Positions 28,203 to 38,096 of a stretch of 64,000 bases of DNA are shown here, in pieces (within the stretch, counting starts at the first letter, position 1; every line of letters begins with the position of its first letter). The translations under genes were made by a program, and so were the position numbers. The stretch lies in contig JAHECP010000006.1 in NCBI GenBank assembly GCA_024641665.1, positions 4,541 through 68,540 of the forward strand, in the 5' to 3' direction. The DNA is from Acidobacteriota bacterium. Its GTDB lineage: Bacteria; Acidobacteriota; Vicinamibacteria; Vicinamibacterales; JAHECP01. The notes under the pieces were generated by a model. That model worked only from the letters and a program-made list of their open reading frames with translations, did not search any database and had not been told where the DNA came from.

Positions 28203-31104
28203 GCGGGGCGGGGGGCTGGCGACGGCCCGCGTCCAGGTCGTTCCAGTTGAGGATCGCGTTGAAGCCCAGAAAGAAGCTGCCCTGCGTCTCCCATCTCCAG
28301 TAGGGCCGGTTGGCGAACATCACGACGTGCCCCCCGCCGACGGGCGCATCGACGACGACGGCGCGGCCGGCGAGCGCCTGCCCGCCCACGAGCATGCCGC
28401 TCAGCAGCAGGTCGTTCGGATCCGCAGGAAACCGGAGAATCACCCGGGGCAGCATGTCCGCGCCGCCACCGGCCACGCGCACGGCCTTCGGGACCCACTC
28501 TGCGCTCGCCGCCGCCGCCGGCGGCGCGCCCGATCGCGCCCGCGGCGCGAGCGTCGTCAGCTGCGGTCGCGCGCTGTTGGGCGTCGGGTTCTGTCCCACC
28601 CCGGGAATCTCAGGCGCGGTGTTCGGCGCGGCTCCGCCCCAGCGGATCGCCAGGACAGGGCCTTGATTGAAGTAGACCGCGAGCGCGTCGGCGTCGTAGC
28701 CGTAGAGGATCGGGCTGGTCCTGTCGGCGAGCAGCGCCTTGAGCACCGATCCCTTCGCGTACAGGCCGGGAGGGTCTTCGACGACCACGCCGGTCGTCAC
28801 GCCGTAGGCCGGCAGGATCGTCGTCGTCGATCCCTCGACGAGGAGCGTGCCGCCGGCCTTGAGGAACCGGGCGAGATTGGCCACGCCGTCGATTCCCATG
28901 CCGCCGCGCACGTCGTCGGTCGAGTCGAGGACGCCGAGGTGCGGCGTCAGCTCGCTCTTCTGGTACGGAATCGGGTCGCCGATGAGCGGGATGCCGTTCA
29001 CCTGCTCCTGCGGCGTGCCGCCGATGTGGGGCAGCACGATGACGTCGAAGCGCGCCCTCAAGTCGCCGGCGCGCAGCTTGTCTTCACCGATGTAGGTGTA
29101 GGGCACGCCGAACTTGTCCAGCGCCAGCCGCACCCAGCCTTCGTCCTGCGCGCGCAGCCAGGAATGCACGAAGCCGATGCGGGGCACATCGAGGTCGTGC
29201 GCCGGAACCGGGGGCGGCGCCGGTACGGCGTAGGCGGACAGGCCGAGATCTCTGATCGACGCGTCGACCGCCCCGTGACTGGCGTCCGGCAGGATGAAGG
29301 TCCCGGCGGGGAACGTGCGTCCGGCCGCCTCGAACGGCTGTTCGGCCGCCTGCATGCGGACGTCGGGATGCGCGAAGCGGAACGTGACCAGCCGGTTGTC
29401 CGTGTTGTGCTCGACGAGCAGCACCGGACCGCTGCCCTGGATGGCGCCCGTCACCGACGCGTCGGCCGACATCAGCGTCATCGGCAAGGCGAGAATCGCC
29501 TGGTCGTTGACCCGTTCGGCCGTCACATTGCGCAGCAGCGGCAGGCTCCAGCCGGTGTCGTCAAAGGGGATCGGATTGGCAGGGGCAAAGGCCTGCAGGC
29601 CGAGCAGGGCGTCCACGACAGGGCGGTACGGCTGGTTCATGCGCACCACGTAGTCGCCGGCCGCCACCGACACGCCGCCGAGCGCGGCTGGCGCGCCGGC
29701 CCGATGCACCTCGACGCCCTGCCGCCGCAGGAGGTTCACGAGGTCCGCGGCCTCACTGCGGCGCCGCTGCGCCGCCGGGATCACCCAGGCGAACGGCGCC
29801 TCGGTCCGTCCGCGTTCGACGGCCCGCTTGTTCTTCAGGTAGTAGTTCTCGAGAAACGTCTCCCGGTTGCGGGCCACGAAGTTCAGGCCCAGCAGCAGCG
29901 CGCTCTCCTGGATGTTGACGTTGTTGCGCGGTCCCCACTTGATGCGCGGCAAGGGCGGTGTCGGCCGGTACCATTCTCGGCTGAGCTGGGCCGGACCGGG
30001 CATGACCTCGTACGGCTCCGGGCCGTACTTCTGCGTCTCGTAGATCCGGCCGATCGCGTTGTGCAGGTTCGCGATGAAGATCATGAAGTTGGGCGCCCAT
30101 CCGCCGTAGGTCGTGCCGCCCGTCCACACGCCCGGCACGCCGCGCTTGGTCATCTCGCTCTCTTCGTGCTTGGCGAGCAGCCACCATTCCTCGATCGTCA
30201 GAGGATCGACCGACCCGTTGAGCGGGCTCGTGCCGGTCCAGATGTACAGGTACGGTATGGACTCGTGGAGGTCGTGCACCACGGTCGGATGCCAGTCGAG
30301 GAAGGCGCGCATCATGTCCTGCGTGAGCGTGAGCCCCTGCCCGATGGCGTCCCGGTTGTTGTCGTGCGCCACGTAGCGACCCCACCAGGTCGGCGGCGGC
30401 ACCGGCTTCCCCGTCTTCTTGCCGTAGTAGAACGTGTCGACCTGCTTGTCGCGCCCGTCGACCTCGACGACCGGCGTGATGGCCACGATCACGTTGTTGC
30501 GGATGGCCTGGATGAACGGCGTCTCCTCGACCGCCAGGCGGAAGGCCAGCTCCATGAGCATCTCCGGGCTGCCCGATTCGGTGGAGTGCATCGAGCCGGT
30601 GATGTGGTAGATCGGCTTGCCCGCGGCCACGAGCTCGCGCGCGCGCGCCTCGTCGAGCTCGCGCGGATCGGTCAATTGCGCGGTGATCGCCTTGTACCTG
30701 TCGAGCGAGCGAATCGTCGCCGCGTCGGCCACGACCGCCATCACGAGATCGCGCCCCTCGTCGCTCTTGCCGATCGTGAACAGCGACACGCGATCGGAGG
30801 CCGCGTCGAGGGCGTGGAAATAGCGGAGGATGTCGTCGTAGTAGGTGAGCTCGTTCGGCGTCCCCGGGATGCGGCCGAGCACCGCGAGCGGCGAGGGGAC
30901 GCGGTCGGACGCCGGCATGTGATCGACCAGCTCGGTCAGGATGCGCCGGTCCTCGGTGTACTGCCGGATCTTCGCAGTGTATTCCGCGTCGAGGGTCTGC
31001 GGGGCCGGCGGCTTTTGGGCGCCCCGCGCAGACAGGGTGGTGTCGGGCACGCAGACGACACTGGCGATTGCGGCGGCGGCCAGGACACGGGCGATGGGCT
31101 TCAT
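28186..31104 (-). CDS. Large secreted M14-family zinc carboxypeptidase-like protein
   Basis: ATG 31104 (MKPIARVLAAAAIASVV..). ..IYHITGSMHSTESGSPEMLMELA.. carries the HxxE zinc motif of M14. ..VAHDNNRD.. and ..VHDLHES... The 3' end overlaps the convergent esterase gene by 17 nt. Confidence 0.78.
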   Translation of the reverse strand: MKPIARVLAAAAIASVVCVPDTTLSARGAQKPPAPQTLDAEYTAKIRQYTEDRRILTELVDHMPASDRVPSPLAVLGRIPGTPNELTYYDDILRYFHALDAASDRVSLFTIGKSDEGRDLVMAVVADAATIRSLDRYKAITAQLTDPRELDEARARELVAAGKPIYHITGSMHSTESGSPEMLMELAFRLAVEETPFIQAIRNNVIVAITPVVEVDGRDKQVDTFYYGKKTGKPVPPPTWWGRYVAHDNNRDAIGQGLTLTQDMMRAFLDWHPTVVHDLHESIPYLYIWTGTSPLNGSVDPLTIEEWWLLAKHEESEMTKRGVPGVWTGGTTYGGWAPNFMIFIANLHNAIGRIYETQKYGPEPYEVMPGPAQLSREWYRPTPPLPRIKWGPRNNVNIQESALLLGLNFVARNRETFLENYYLKNKRAVERGRTEAPFAWVIPAAQRRRSEAADLVNLLRRQGVEVHRAGAPAALGGVSVAAGDYVVRMNQPYRPVVDALLGLQAFAPANPIPFDDTGWSLPLLRNVTAERVNDQAILALPMTLMSADASVTGAIQGSGPVLLVEHNTDNRLVTFRFAHPDVRMQAAEQPFEAAGRTFPAGTFILPDASHGAVDASIRDLGLSAYAVPAPPPVPAHDLDVPRIGFVHSWLRAQDEGWVRLALDKFGVPYTYIGEDKLRAGDLRARFDVIVLPHIGGTPQEQVNGIPLIGDPIPYQKSELTPHLGVLDSTDDVRGGMGIDGVANLARFLKAGGTLLVEGSTTTILPAYGVTTGVVVEDPPGLYAKGSVLKALLADRTSPILYGYDADALAVYFNQGPVLAIRWGGAAPNTAPEIPGVGQNPTPNSARPQLTTLAPRARSGAPPAAAASAEWVPKAVRVAGGGADMLPRVILRFPADPNDLLLSGMLVGGQALAGRAVVVDAPVGGGHVVMFANRPYWRWETQGSFFLGFNAILNWNDLDAGRRQPPAPPTASR

Positions 31105-31165
31105 GGGTTCGCTCCGGCTCGGAACACGCGCTCCGGGGGGGCAGCCCCGCGGAGCCACTGGGCGA

Positions 31166-31198
31166 TTGACAAACATAGATATTGTATATGAAATATCC
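31166..31198. promoter_or_regulatory. AT-rich box copy 3 (TTGACAaacatagatattgtataTGAAATatcc) in the divergent M14 / propeller-P2 intergenic region
   Basis: TTGACA 31166-31171, a 17-nt spacer, then TGAAAT 31189-31194. Core TTGTATATGAAATATCC lies 52 nt before ATG 31251. The reverse strand reads CATATACAATATCTAT towards the M14 gene. Confidence 0.55.
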
Positions 31199-31250
31199 TA
31201 ACGTACGCGTCCGATCGGGCACCGCCGGATACCCACATCGGAAGGGAACG

Positions 31251-32240
31251 ATGACGCTCACACTCCGCCAGTCCTGGTTGCTCGTGATCCTCGCGTGCTC
31301 GTGGTCCGTGGCCGCCGCCCAGCCGGCGAGCCGCGACAGTCTGCTGCTGGTCGTCCATCGGACCGATGCCACGCTCGGCGTGTTCAAGGCACAGGGGGCG
31401 TCCCTCACCTCCGTCAAGACCCTGCCCACGGGAAGCGGTCCGCGCGAGGTGTGTATCACGCCGGATGGCCGGCGCGCGTACGTGTCGAACAAGGACGACC
31501 ACTCGTTGACGGTCGTCGACCTCGACACGATGACGGTGGCCGCGACCGTCACCGATCCGACCTTGCGAAGCCCCGAGGGCCTGGCCGTGAGCCCGGACGG
31601 AAAGCGGCTGTATGTGGCCATGTCCGCGCAGGACTCCGTCCTCGTCCTGTCCACCGACACCCACGGGGTGATCAAGGAGATTCCGACGGGCGGGAAGACG
31701 CCGATGCGGCTGCTGCTCGCGCCCGACGGTCGCACGCTGTGGGTCGCCAACGATCAGTCGTTCTCGGTGTCGGTCATCGACACGACGAGCGGGACGGTCG
31801 CCGCCACGATCAAGGTCGGCAAGCAGCCGCGCGGGATGGCGCTGACGCCGGACGGGAAGATGCTGCTCGTCGTGAATGTCTCCCAGGACACGCTGTCGTT
31901 CGTCGAGACAGCCAGCCGCCAGGTCACAGGGCCGGTCGGCCTCGGTCACGCGCCGCAGCGCATCGTCCTGGCGCCCGATGGCCAGCTGGGCTACGTCACC
32001 GGGCGAGGGTGTGACGCGCTCCTGTTCGTGGATCTGCGCGGCGGCGCCAACCGCAGTCTCAAGAAGCAGCTGCCGGTAGGCGCGCAGCCGAACGGCCTCG
32101 TGTTGAACGGGGACGGTACGTACCTGTATGTCGGCAACGACAAGGACAACACCCTGTCGGTGATCGACCTGCGCGTGATGGAAGCCGTCAGGACGGTGCC
32201 CACGGGTCGCTTTCCAGACGGCCTCGCCTTCCGCCAGTAA
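31251..32240 (+). CDS. Secreted YVTN-type beta-propeller protein, paralog P2
   Basis: Signal MTLTLRQSWLLVILACSWSVAAAQ. ..VKTLPTGSGPREVCITPDGRRAYVSN..SLTVVDL.., ..DPTLRSPEGLAVSPDGKRLYVA.., C-terminal ..TLSVIDLRVMEAVRTVPTGRFPDGLAFRQ. Confidence 0.82.
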   Translation: MTLTLRQSWLLVILACSWSVAAAQPASRDSLLLVVHRTDATLGVFKAQGASLTSVKTLPTGSGPREVCITPDGRRAYVSNKDDHSLTVVDLDTMTVAATVTDPTLRSPEGLAVSPDGKRLYVAMSAQDSVLVLSTDTHGVIKEIPTGGKTPMRLLLAPDGRTLWVANDQSFSVSVIDTTSGTVAATIKVGKQPRGMALTPDGKMLLVVNVSQDTLSFVETASRQVTGPVGLGHAPQRIVLAPDGQLGYVTGRGCDALLFVDLRGGANRSLKKQLPVGAQPNGLVLNGDGTYLYVGNDKDNTLSVIDLRVMEAVRTVPTGRFPDGLAFRQ

Positions 32241-32261
32241 CGGCTGTCGAGGGAGTGGACC

Positions 32262-33713
32262 ATGCCACCGCGTCGCTTCGCGATCGCTCTCGTCTGGCTG
32301 GCGCTCGCGCTGACCGCACCGCCTGCCATGGCCGCACAGCCACGGCAGCCGCTGGCGCAGCAGCCCGAGGTCGCCGCGACCATCCGGGTCCTCGACGCCT
32401 GGCTGCAGGAGATGGTGGTCTCCCGCGAGCAAACGGGTCTGTCCATCGGTATCGTCTACGACCAGGACCTGATCTGGGCGAAGGGGTACGGGTTCGCCAA
32501 TCGCGAGCTGCGGCAGCAGGCCACGTCGGCGACGCTGTACCGCATTGCCTCGATTTCGAAGCTGTTCACGGCGACGGCCATCATGCAGCTTCGCGACGCG
32601 GGCAAACTGCGGCTCGACGACCCGGTCTCGAAGTATCTGCCGTGGTTTCAAGTGAAGAAGGTCGAACCCGACGCCCCGGCGATCACCATCCGGCACCTGC
32701 TGACCCACACGTCCGGGCTGCCTCGCGAGCTGCCGCTCCACTATTGGAACGACCTGAGATTCCCGAGCCGCGAGGAGATGATGCGCCTCGTGTCCCGGGA
32801 GGAGGCCGTCTTCCCGCCCGAGGTCGAGTACAAGTACTCGAATCTTGCCATGGCGATCGCCGGCGAAGTGGTCGCCGCCGTGTCCGGGGAGCCGTACGCG
32901 CAGTACATCGAGGACCATGTGCTCAGGCCGCTCGGGATGCAGTCGACGCGTGTGACGCCCGAGCCGACGACGCCGGGGCTCGCCGTCGGCTACCGAAAGC
33001 GCGTGCCCGGCGAGCCGCGGGAGGTCGAAGACTTCATCGACGCGCGCGGCCTGACGCCGGCCGCGAACCTCGCCTCGAACGTGGAGGACCTGGCGCGGTT
33101 CGTCTCGCTGCAATTCCGCGACGGCCCGGCCGGCGGCGCGCAGATCCTCAACGGCTTCACGCTGCGCGAGATGCACCGCGTCGAATGGTTGCGTCCCGAC
33201 TGGCAGAGCGGTCAGGGGCTGGGGTTCTGGATCCGTCACGTCGGCTCGCAGGTGCGGGTCGGGCACGACGGTGCGGCGCCGGGCTACAAGAGCCAGATCG
33301 AGACGTCGCCGGCTGAGAAGTTCGGTGTGATCGTCCTCGTCAACGACTACGACGCCGATCCCCTGTTCTACGTCAATCAGGCGTTCACCATTGTCGGTCC
33401 GGCCGTCGCCAAGGCGACCGAGACGCCGCGGCCGCGACCCATCGCGGACCCCGCCTGGTCGCAGTACGAGGGCACCTACACGTGGAAGCACGTGGACGTC
33501 CAGATCATGGTGCTCGACGGCGAACTGACGATGATCGTGCCCGACGCGACCAATCCGTGGGAGTCGCGGGTGCGGCTGACGCCCGTCGGACCCCGGACGT
33601 TCCGGATGGTCGGGGGTGGGATGGATGGCGAGCTGCTCACCTTCGACGTCGACGAGACAGGACGAGCCACGAGGCTGACGGCGGGCAGCTACTACCGGTT
33701 GCGGAAACGATAG
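32262..33713 (+). CDS. Beta-lactamase-family serine hydrolase (S12 / class C-like) with extra C-terminal domain
   Basis: Signal peptide. ..LYRIASISKLFTATAIMQL.. carries the SxxK motif. ..YSNLAMAIAG.. carries the YxN motif. ~100-aa C-terminal extension. Confidence 0.82.
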   Translation: MPPRRFAIALVWLALALTAPPAMAAQPRQPLAQQPEVAATIRVLDAWLQEMVVSREQTGLSIGIVYDQDLIWAKGYGFANRELRQQATSATLYRIASISKLFTATAIMQLRDAGKLRLDDPVSKYLPWFQVKKVEPDAPAITIRHLLTHTSGLPRELPLHYWNDLRFPSREEMMRLVSREEAVFPPEVEYKYSNLAMAIAGEVVAAVSGEPYAQYIEDHVLRPLGMQSTRVTPEPTTPGLAVGYRKRVPGEPREVEDFIDARGLTPAANLASNVEDLARFVSLQFRDGPAGGAQILNGFTLREMHRVEWLRPDWQSGQGLGFWIRHVGSQVRVGHDGAAPGYKSQIETSPAEKFGVIVLVNDYDADPLFYVNQAFTIVGPAVAKATETPRPRPIADPAWSQYEGTYTWKHVDVQIMVLDGELTMIVPDATNPWESRVRLTPVGPRTFRMVGGGMDGELLTFDVDETGRATRLTAGSYYRLRKR

Positions 33714-33727
33714 CGAGCGACGCGGCC

Positions 33728-35089
33728 ATGGACTTCCAACACCTGTCCTTCGATCCCGCCCCCTCCATCAAGACGCCTCCGCCGGGGCCGCGCTCGCAGC
33801 AGTACCTGGCGTTCCAGGCGACACACGAGGCGGCGGCCGTCTCCTATCCCCGCGGGTTTCCGTGCGCGCTGGCGCGCGGCCGCGGCGCCACCGTCGAGGA
33901 CGTCGACGGCAACGTCTACCTCGACTTCTTCGGCGGCGCGGGTGTCATGGCCGTCGGGCACGGCAATCCGGAGGTCGTGGCGGCGGCCGAGGCCCAGGTC
34001 GCGCAGCTGACCCACGCCCTCGACCTGCCGACGCCGGCCCGCCGCGACCTCGTCGAGCGGCTGCGTGAGGTGCTGCCGCCGGCGCTCACCCGCGTGTTCT
34101 TCGGCGGCCCGACCGGATCGGATGCCGTGGAAGCGGCCGTGAAGCTGGCACGCCTCAACACCGGCCGCGCTCCGCTCATCGCGTTCGAGGGCGGGTACCA
34201 CGGCATGACGAGCGGCGCGCTCTCGTTGTCGAGCGGGCGATCGTTCAAGAACCGTCTCCTTCCGCTCGTGGCCGAAGTCCACTTCGTCCCCTACGCCTAC
34301 TGCTATCGCTGCGCCTTCGGCAAGACGAGAGACACGTGCGGCCTGCAGTGCGCGCAGCACCTGGATCACGTGCTGGAGGACCCGCACTCGGGCGTGGGCA
34401 CGCCGGCCGCCGTCATCGTCGAACCGATTCAGGGCGAGGGCGGATCGATCGTGCCGCCGCCCGAGTTCCTGCCGAAGGTTCGCGAGATCTGCGACCGGCA
34501 CCAGGTGCTGCTCATCGCCGACGAGATCCAGGCGGGATTCTGTCGGACCGGGAAGATGTTCGCCTTCGAGCACAGCGGGACGGTGCCCGACATCGTGACC
34601 CTGAGCAAGGCGCTCGGCGGACTGGGGTTCCCGATCTCGGCCCTTGCCTACAAGGAAGCCTTGAACACGTGGGGACCGGGTGCCCACATCGGCACGTTCC
34701 GGGGCAATGTGGTCGCCTACGCAGCCGGCGCCGCCGCCCTTCGTTTCATGGACGAGCACGACCTGGCCGCACACGCCTCGCGCCTCGGCGAGCAGCTGCT
34801 GACGCTGTTGCAGGAGGTCGAGCGCGAGTCCCCGTTCGTCGGCGAGGCTCGCGGCAAGGGTCTGATGCTCGGTGTCGAGTTCGTGAAGGACAAGGCGACG
34901 AAGGAGCCGGCGCCGGATCTGGCGTCGCGGGTGCGAAGCCTGTGCTTCAAGCGCGGGCTGCTCATCGAGATCGGGGGGCACTACTCGAACGTGGCGCGGT
35001 TCCTGCCGCCGCTGGTGCTCACCGAGGCGCTCGCGCGACGCGGGGCCGAGATCTTCGCCGAGTCGGTCAGGGATCTGAAGATTGGGTGA
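33728..35089 (+). CDS. Class III (GabT/ornithine-type) PLP aminotransferase
   Basis: ATG 33728 verified. ..DVDGNVYLDFFGGAGVMAVGHGNPEV.., ..EPIQGEGG.., ..LIADEIQAGFCRTG.., ..DIVTLSKALGG.. (PLP lysine). Confidence 0.88.
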   Translation: MDFQHLSFDPAPSIKTPPPGPRSQQYLAFQATHEAAAVSYPRGFPCALARGRGATVEDVDGNVYLDFFGGAGVMAVGHGNPEVVAAAEAQVAQLTHALDLPTPARRDLVERLREVLPPALTRVFFGGPTGSDAVEAAVKLARLNTGRAPLIAFEGGYHGMTSGALSLSSGRSFKNRLLPLVAEVHFVPYAYCYRCAFGKTRDTCGLQCAQHLDHVLEDPHSGVGTPAAVIVEPIQGEGGSIVPPPEFLPKVREICDRHQVLLIADEIQAGFCRTGKMFAFEHSGTVPDIVTLSKALGGLGFPISALAYKEALNTWGPGAHIGTFRGNVVAYAAGAAALRFMDEHDLAAHASRLGEQLLTLLQEVERESPFVGEARGKGLMLGVEFVKDKATKEPAPDLASRVRSLCFKRGLLIEIGGHYSNVARFLPPLVLTEALARRGAEIFAESVRDLKIG

Positions 35090-35097
35090 GAACCGCC

Positions 35098-38058
35098 ATG
35101 CTTCTACGAATCCTCACGCTGTGCGTCCTGGTCGCGCTTTCGCCCTCCACCCCGGCGGCCGACACCGCTCCCGTCTTCAACGATCTGGCGTGGCAGAACA
35201 TCGGCCCGCTCCGCGGTGGCCGATCGATCGCTGTCGCCGGCAGCGAGGCCAGGCCCTTCGAGTACTACTTCGGCGCGACGGGCGGGGGCCTCTGGAAGAC
35301 GGTAGACGGCGGCACGAGCTGGAGGCCCGTCACCGACGGCCAGATTGCCAGCTCGTCGGTCGGCGCCGTGGCCGTGTCCGCCTCGAATCCCGACGTGGTC
35401 TATATCGGGATGGGGGAGTCGCAGCTCCGCGGCAGCGTCATGCAGGGCGACGGGGTCTACCGCTCCCTCGACGGCGGACGCACGTGGCAGCACGCGGGCC
35501 TCGCCGATACGCTCACGATTTCGCGCATCCGCGTCCATCCACGCGATCCGCAGCTCGTGTACGCCGCCGCGCTCGGCGATCCGACCGGGCCGTCGCCGGC
35601 GCGCGGCGTCTACCGGAGCCGCGACGGAGGGCGGACGTGGCAGCAGATCCTCTTCCGTGACGACCGCACCGGCGCCGTCGACCTCGCGATCGATCCGCAG
35701 AATCCGTCGGTGCTGTACGCCGCGCTGTGGCAGGTGCAACGGATTCCGTGGCGGTTGTGGAGCGGCGGACCGGGGTCGGGGCTCTTCAAGTCGACCGACG
35801 GCGGCGACACCTGGGCGGACATCACGCGGGCGCCCGGTCTGCCGGAGGGCGTGCTGGGCAAGATCGGCATCGCCGTCTCGGGGGCGGACTCCCGCCGGCT
35901 CTACGCCGTGATCGAAGCCAAGGCCGGCGGATTGTACCGCTCGGATGACGCCGGCGCGACGTGGACGCTCGTCAACGCCAGCCGCGACCTCTGGCAGCGG
36001 TCGTTCTACTTCAACCGCGTGGTGGCCGATCCCCGCAATCGCGACGTCGTCTACGTGCTGAACTTCATGATCGCGCGCTCGACGGACGGCGGCGCGAGCT
36101 ATGCCCTCATCCAGGGTTCCCACGTGGACTATCACGATCTCTGGATCGATCCGGCGGACTCGCAGCGCATGATTGCGGGTAACGACGGAGGGGGCTCCAT
36201 CAGCGTGGACGGCGGCGCCACCTGGACCGACCAACGGTACGCGACGGCACAACTGTACCGGGTCGAGACCACGGCCGACTTTCCCTACTACGTTGCCGCC
36301 TGCCAGCAGGACGTCGGGTCCGTGGCGGTGCCCAGCGCGGCCGACGAGATCGCCGGCGCACCAGGAGCGCCGCAGGGGTTGTTCTTCTACGAGGTCGGTG
36401 GCGGCGAAAGCGGTTGGGTGGCGCCGCATCCCGCGAAACCAGGCATCTTCTTCGCGGGGTCCACGAACACGCTGACGCGGTTCGACCGGGCGACGAACCA
36501 GCTGCGCGACCTGCAGCCATGGCCGCGGACGGTCATGGGCGAGCCGGCGAAGGACATGCCGGAACGATGGAACTGGACCTATCCCGTCATCTTCTCGCCG
36601 ATCCCGCCGTACGACCTCTATGTCGGATCGCAGCACGTCTGGCGCTCGCGGGACGAGGGCCTCACGTGGGAGAAGATCAGTCCCGATCTCACGCGCGCGG
36701 ATCCGAAGACGCTGGGCGACACGGGCGGGCCGATCATGTTCGATGAGGATGGCCCGGAGGTGTATGCGACGGTCTTTGCGCTCGCGCCCTCACGGCTCGA
36801 GCGCGACACGATTTGGGCGGGATCCGACGACGGGCTCGTCCACGTGACGCGTGACGGCGGCAAGTCGTGGCAGAACGTGACGCCGCCCGGGCTGCCGGAG
36901 TACAGCCGCATCAGCGTGATCGACGCGTCCGCGCACGCGCCCGGCCGGGCGTTCCTCGCGGCCAAGCGCAACCAGCTCGGCGATCGCCAGCCTTACCTGT
37001 ACAAGACCGACGACTACGGCGCGACGTGGACGCGCATCGATGCGACCCTGCCGCGCGGCGACTTCACGCACGTCATCCGCGAAGACCCCACACGCCGTGG
37101 CCTGCTGTACGCGGGCACGGAACACGGCGTCTACGTCTCGTTCGACGACGGCGCCCGGTGGCAATCGCTCAGCCTGAACCTGCCGGACACTCAGGTGCCG
37201 GACCTGAAGGTCGAGCGGAACGACCTCGTCATCGCGACGCACGGGCGCTCGTTCTGGATCCTCCCGAGCATCGCCATGCTCCGGCAGGGGGCGGCGGTCC
37301 AGCCCGGAACGGCGTTCCGGCTGTTCAAACCCGAAGGGGTGTACCGATCGGCTCGACCCGCGCGCATCGACATCGTGTCGGCGGTGCCGCTCACCGGCGC
37401 CTCGGTCGAGATCCTCGACGACGACGGGGTGGTTCTGCGCGCGCTCGACGTGCCGAAGACCCTCGCGACCGGTCACCACCGCGTGACGTGGAACCTGCGC
37501 ACGCGCGGCGCGACCGTGTTTCCCGGCATCGTGCTCGAGGCGGCGAGTCCGGCACGCGGCGTTCTGGTGCCGCCGGGTGAGTATCAGGTGCGTGTGCGCG
37601 CGAACGGCGTCTCGACGGCGCAGCCGTTCACGGTGCAGGGGGATCCGCGCGTGACCGACGTCACGCCAGCCGACTATGCCGCGCAGTACGCGCTGGCGCT
37701 GCGCCTGCGCGATGCAGTGAGCGCCGCGAACGAAGCCGTGCTGCGGATTCGCGAGGTGAAGACGAAGCTCGCGGCGACACCCGGGCAGGCGCAGGCGATC
37801 GCCGAACTGTCGGCGATCGAGGCCGAGCTGTATCAGGTGAAGAACCGCACCCCGAAAGACAAGATTGCCTTTCCGATCCGACTGAACGACCGACTGGCCG
37901 GACTGCTCGCGATCGTCGAAATGGGCGACGGCGCTCCGACCGCGGCGGATCGGAAGGTCGCCGACGAGCTGATGGCGGATCTCGACGCGCATCTCGCGCG
38001 GCTGGACCGCGTGCTGCGCCAGGCCGGTGCCGCAGCCGCCCGTCAGGAGACGCCGTAA
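35098..38058 (+). CDS. BNR/Asp-box repeat, sortilin(VPS10)-like secreted protein ('glycosyl hydrolase BNR repeat' type)
   Basis: Signal MLLRILTLCVLVALSPSTPAA. At least 10 SxDxGxTW-type Asp-boxes (TVDGGTSW, SLDGGRTW, SRDGGRTW, STDGGDTW, SDDAGATW, SVDGGATW, SRDEGLTW, TRDGGKSW, TDDYGATW..). Confidence 0.8.
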   Translation: MLLRILTLCVLVALSPSTPAADTAPVFNDLAWQNIGPLRGGRSIAVAGSEARPFEYYFGATGGGLWKTVDGGTSWRPVTDGQIASSSVGAVAVSASNPDVVYIGMGESQLRGSVMQGDGVYRSLDGGRTWQHAGLADTLTISRIRVHPRDPQLVYAAALGDPTGPSPARGVYRSRDGGRTWQQILFRDDRTGAVDLAIDPQNPSVLYAALWQVQRIPWRLWSGGPGSGLFKSTDGGDTWADITRAPGLPEGVLGKIGIAVSGADSRRLYAVIEAKAGGLYRSDDAGATWTLVNASRDLWQRSFYFNRVVADPRNRDVVYVLNFMIARSTDGGASYALIQGSHVDYHDLWIDPADSQRMIAGNDGGGSISVDGGATWTDQRYATAQLYRVETTADFPYYVAACQQDVGSVAVPSAADEIAGAPGAPQGLFFYEVGGGESGWVAPHPAKPGIFFAGSTNTLTRFDRATNQLRDLQPWPRTVMGEPAKDMPERWNWTYPVIFSPIPPYDLYVGSQHVWRSRDEGLTWEKISPDLTRADPKTLGDTGGPIMFDEDGPEVYATVFALAPSRLERDTIWAGSDDGLVHVTRDGGKSWQNVTPPGLPEYSRISVIDASAHAPGRAFLAAKRNQLGDRQPYLYKTDDYGATWTRIDATLPRGDFTHVIREDPTRRGLLYAGTEHGVYVSFDDGARWQSLSLNLPDTQVPDLKVERNDLVIATHGRSFWILPSIAMLRQGAAVQPGTAFRLFKPEGVYRSARPARIDIVSAVPLTGASVEILDDDGVVLRALDVPKTLATGHHRVTWNLRTRGATVFPGIVLEAASPARGVLVPPGEYQVRVRANGVSTAQPFTVQGDPRVTDVTPADYAAQYALALRLRDAVSAANEAVLRIREVKTKLAATPGQAQAIAELSAIEAELYQVKNRTPKDKIAFPIRLNDRLAGLLAIVEMGDGAPTAADRKVADELMADLDAHLARLDRVLRQAGAAAARQETP

Positions 38059-38096
38059 CCGATGGCCACCGTCGAACGGTGTGAACGGTGCCGAAG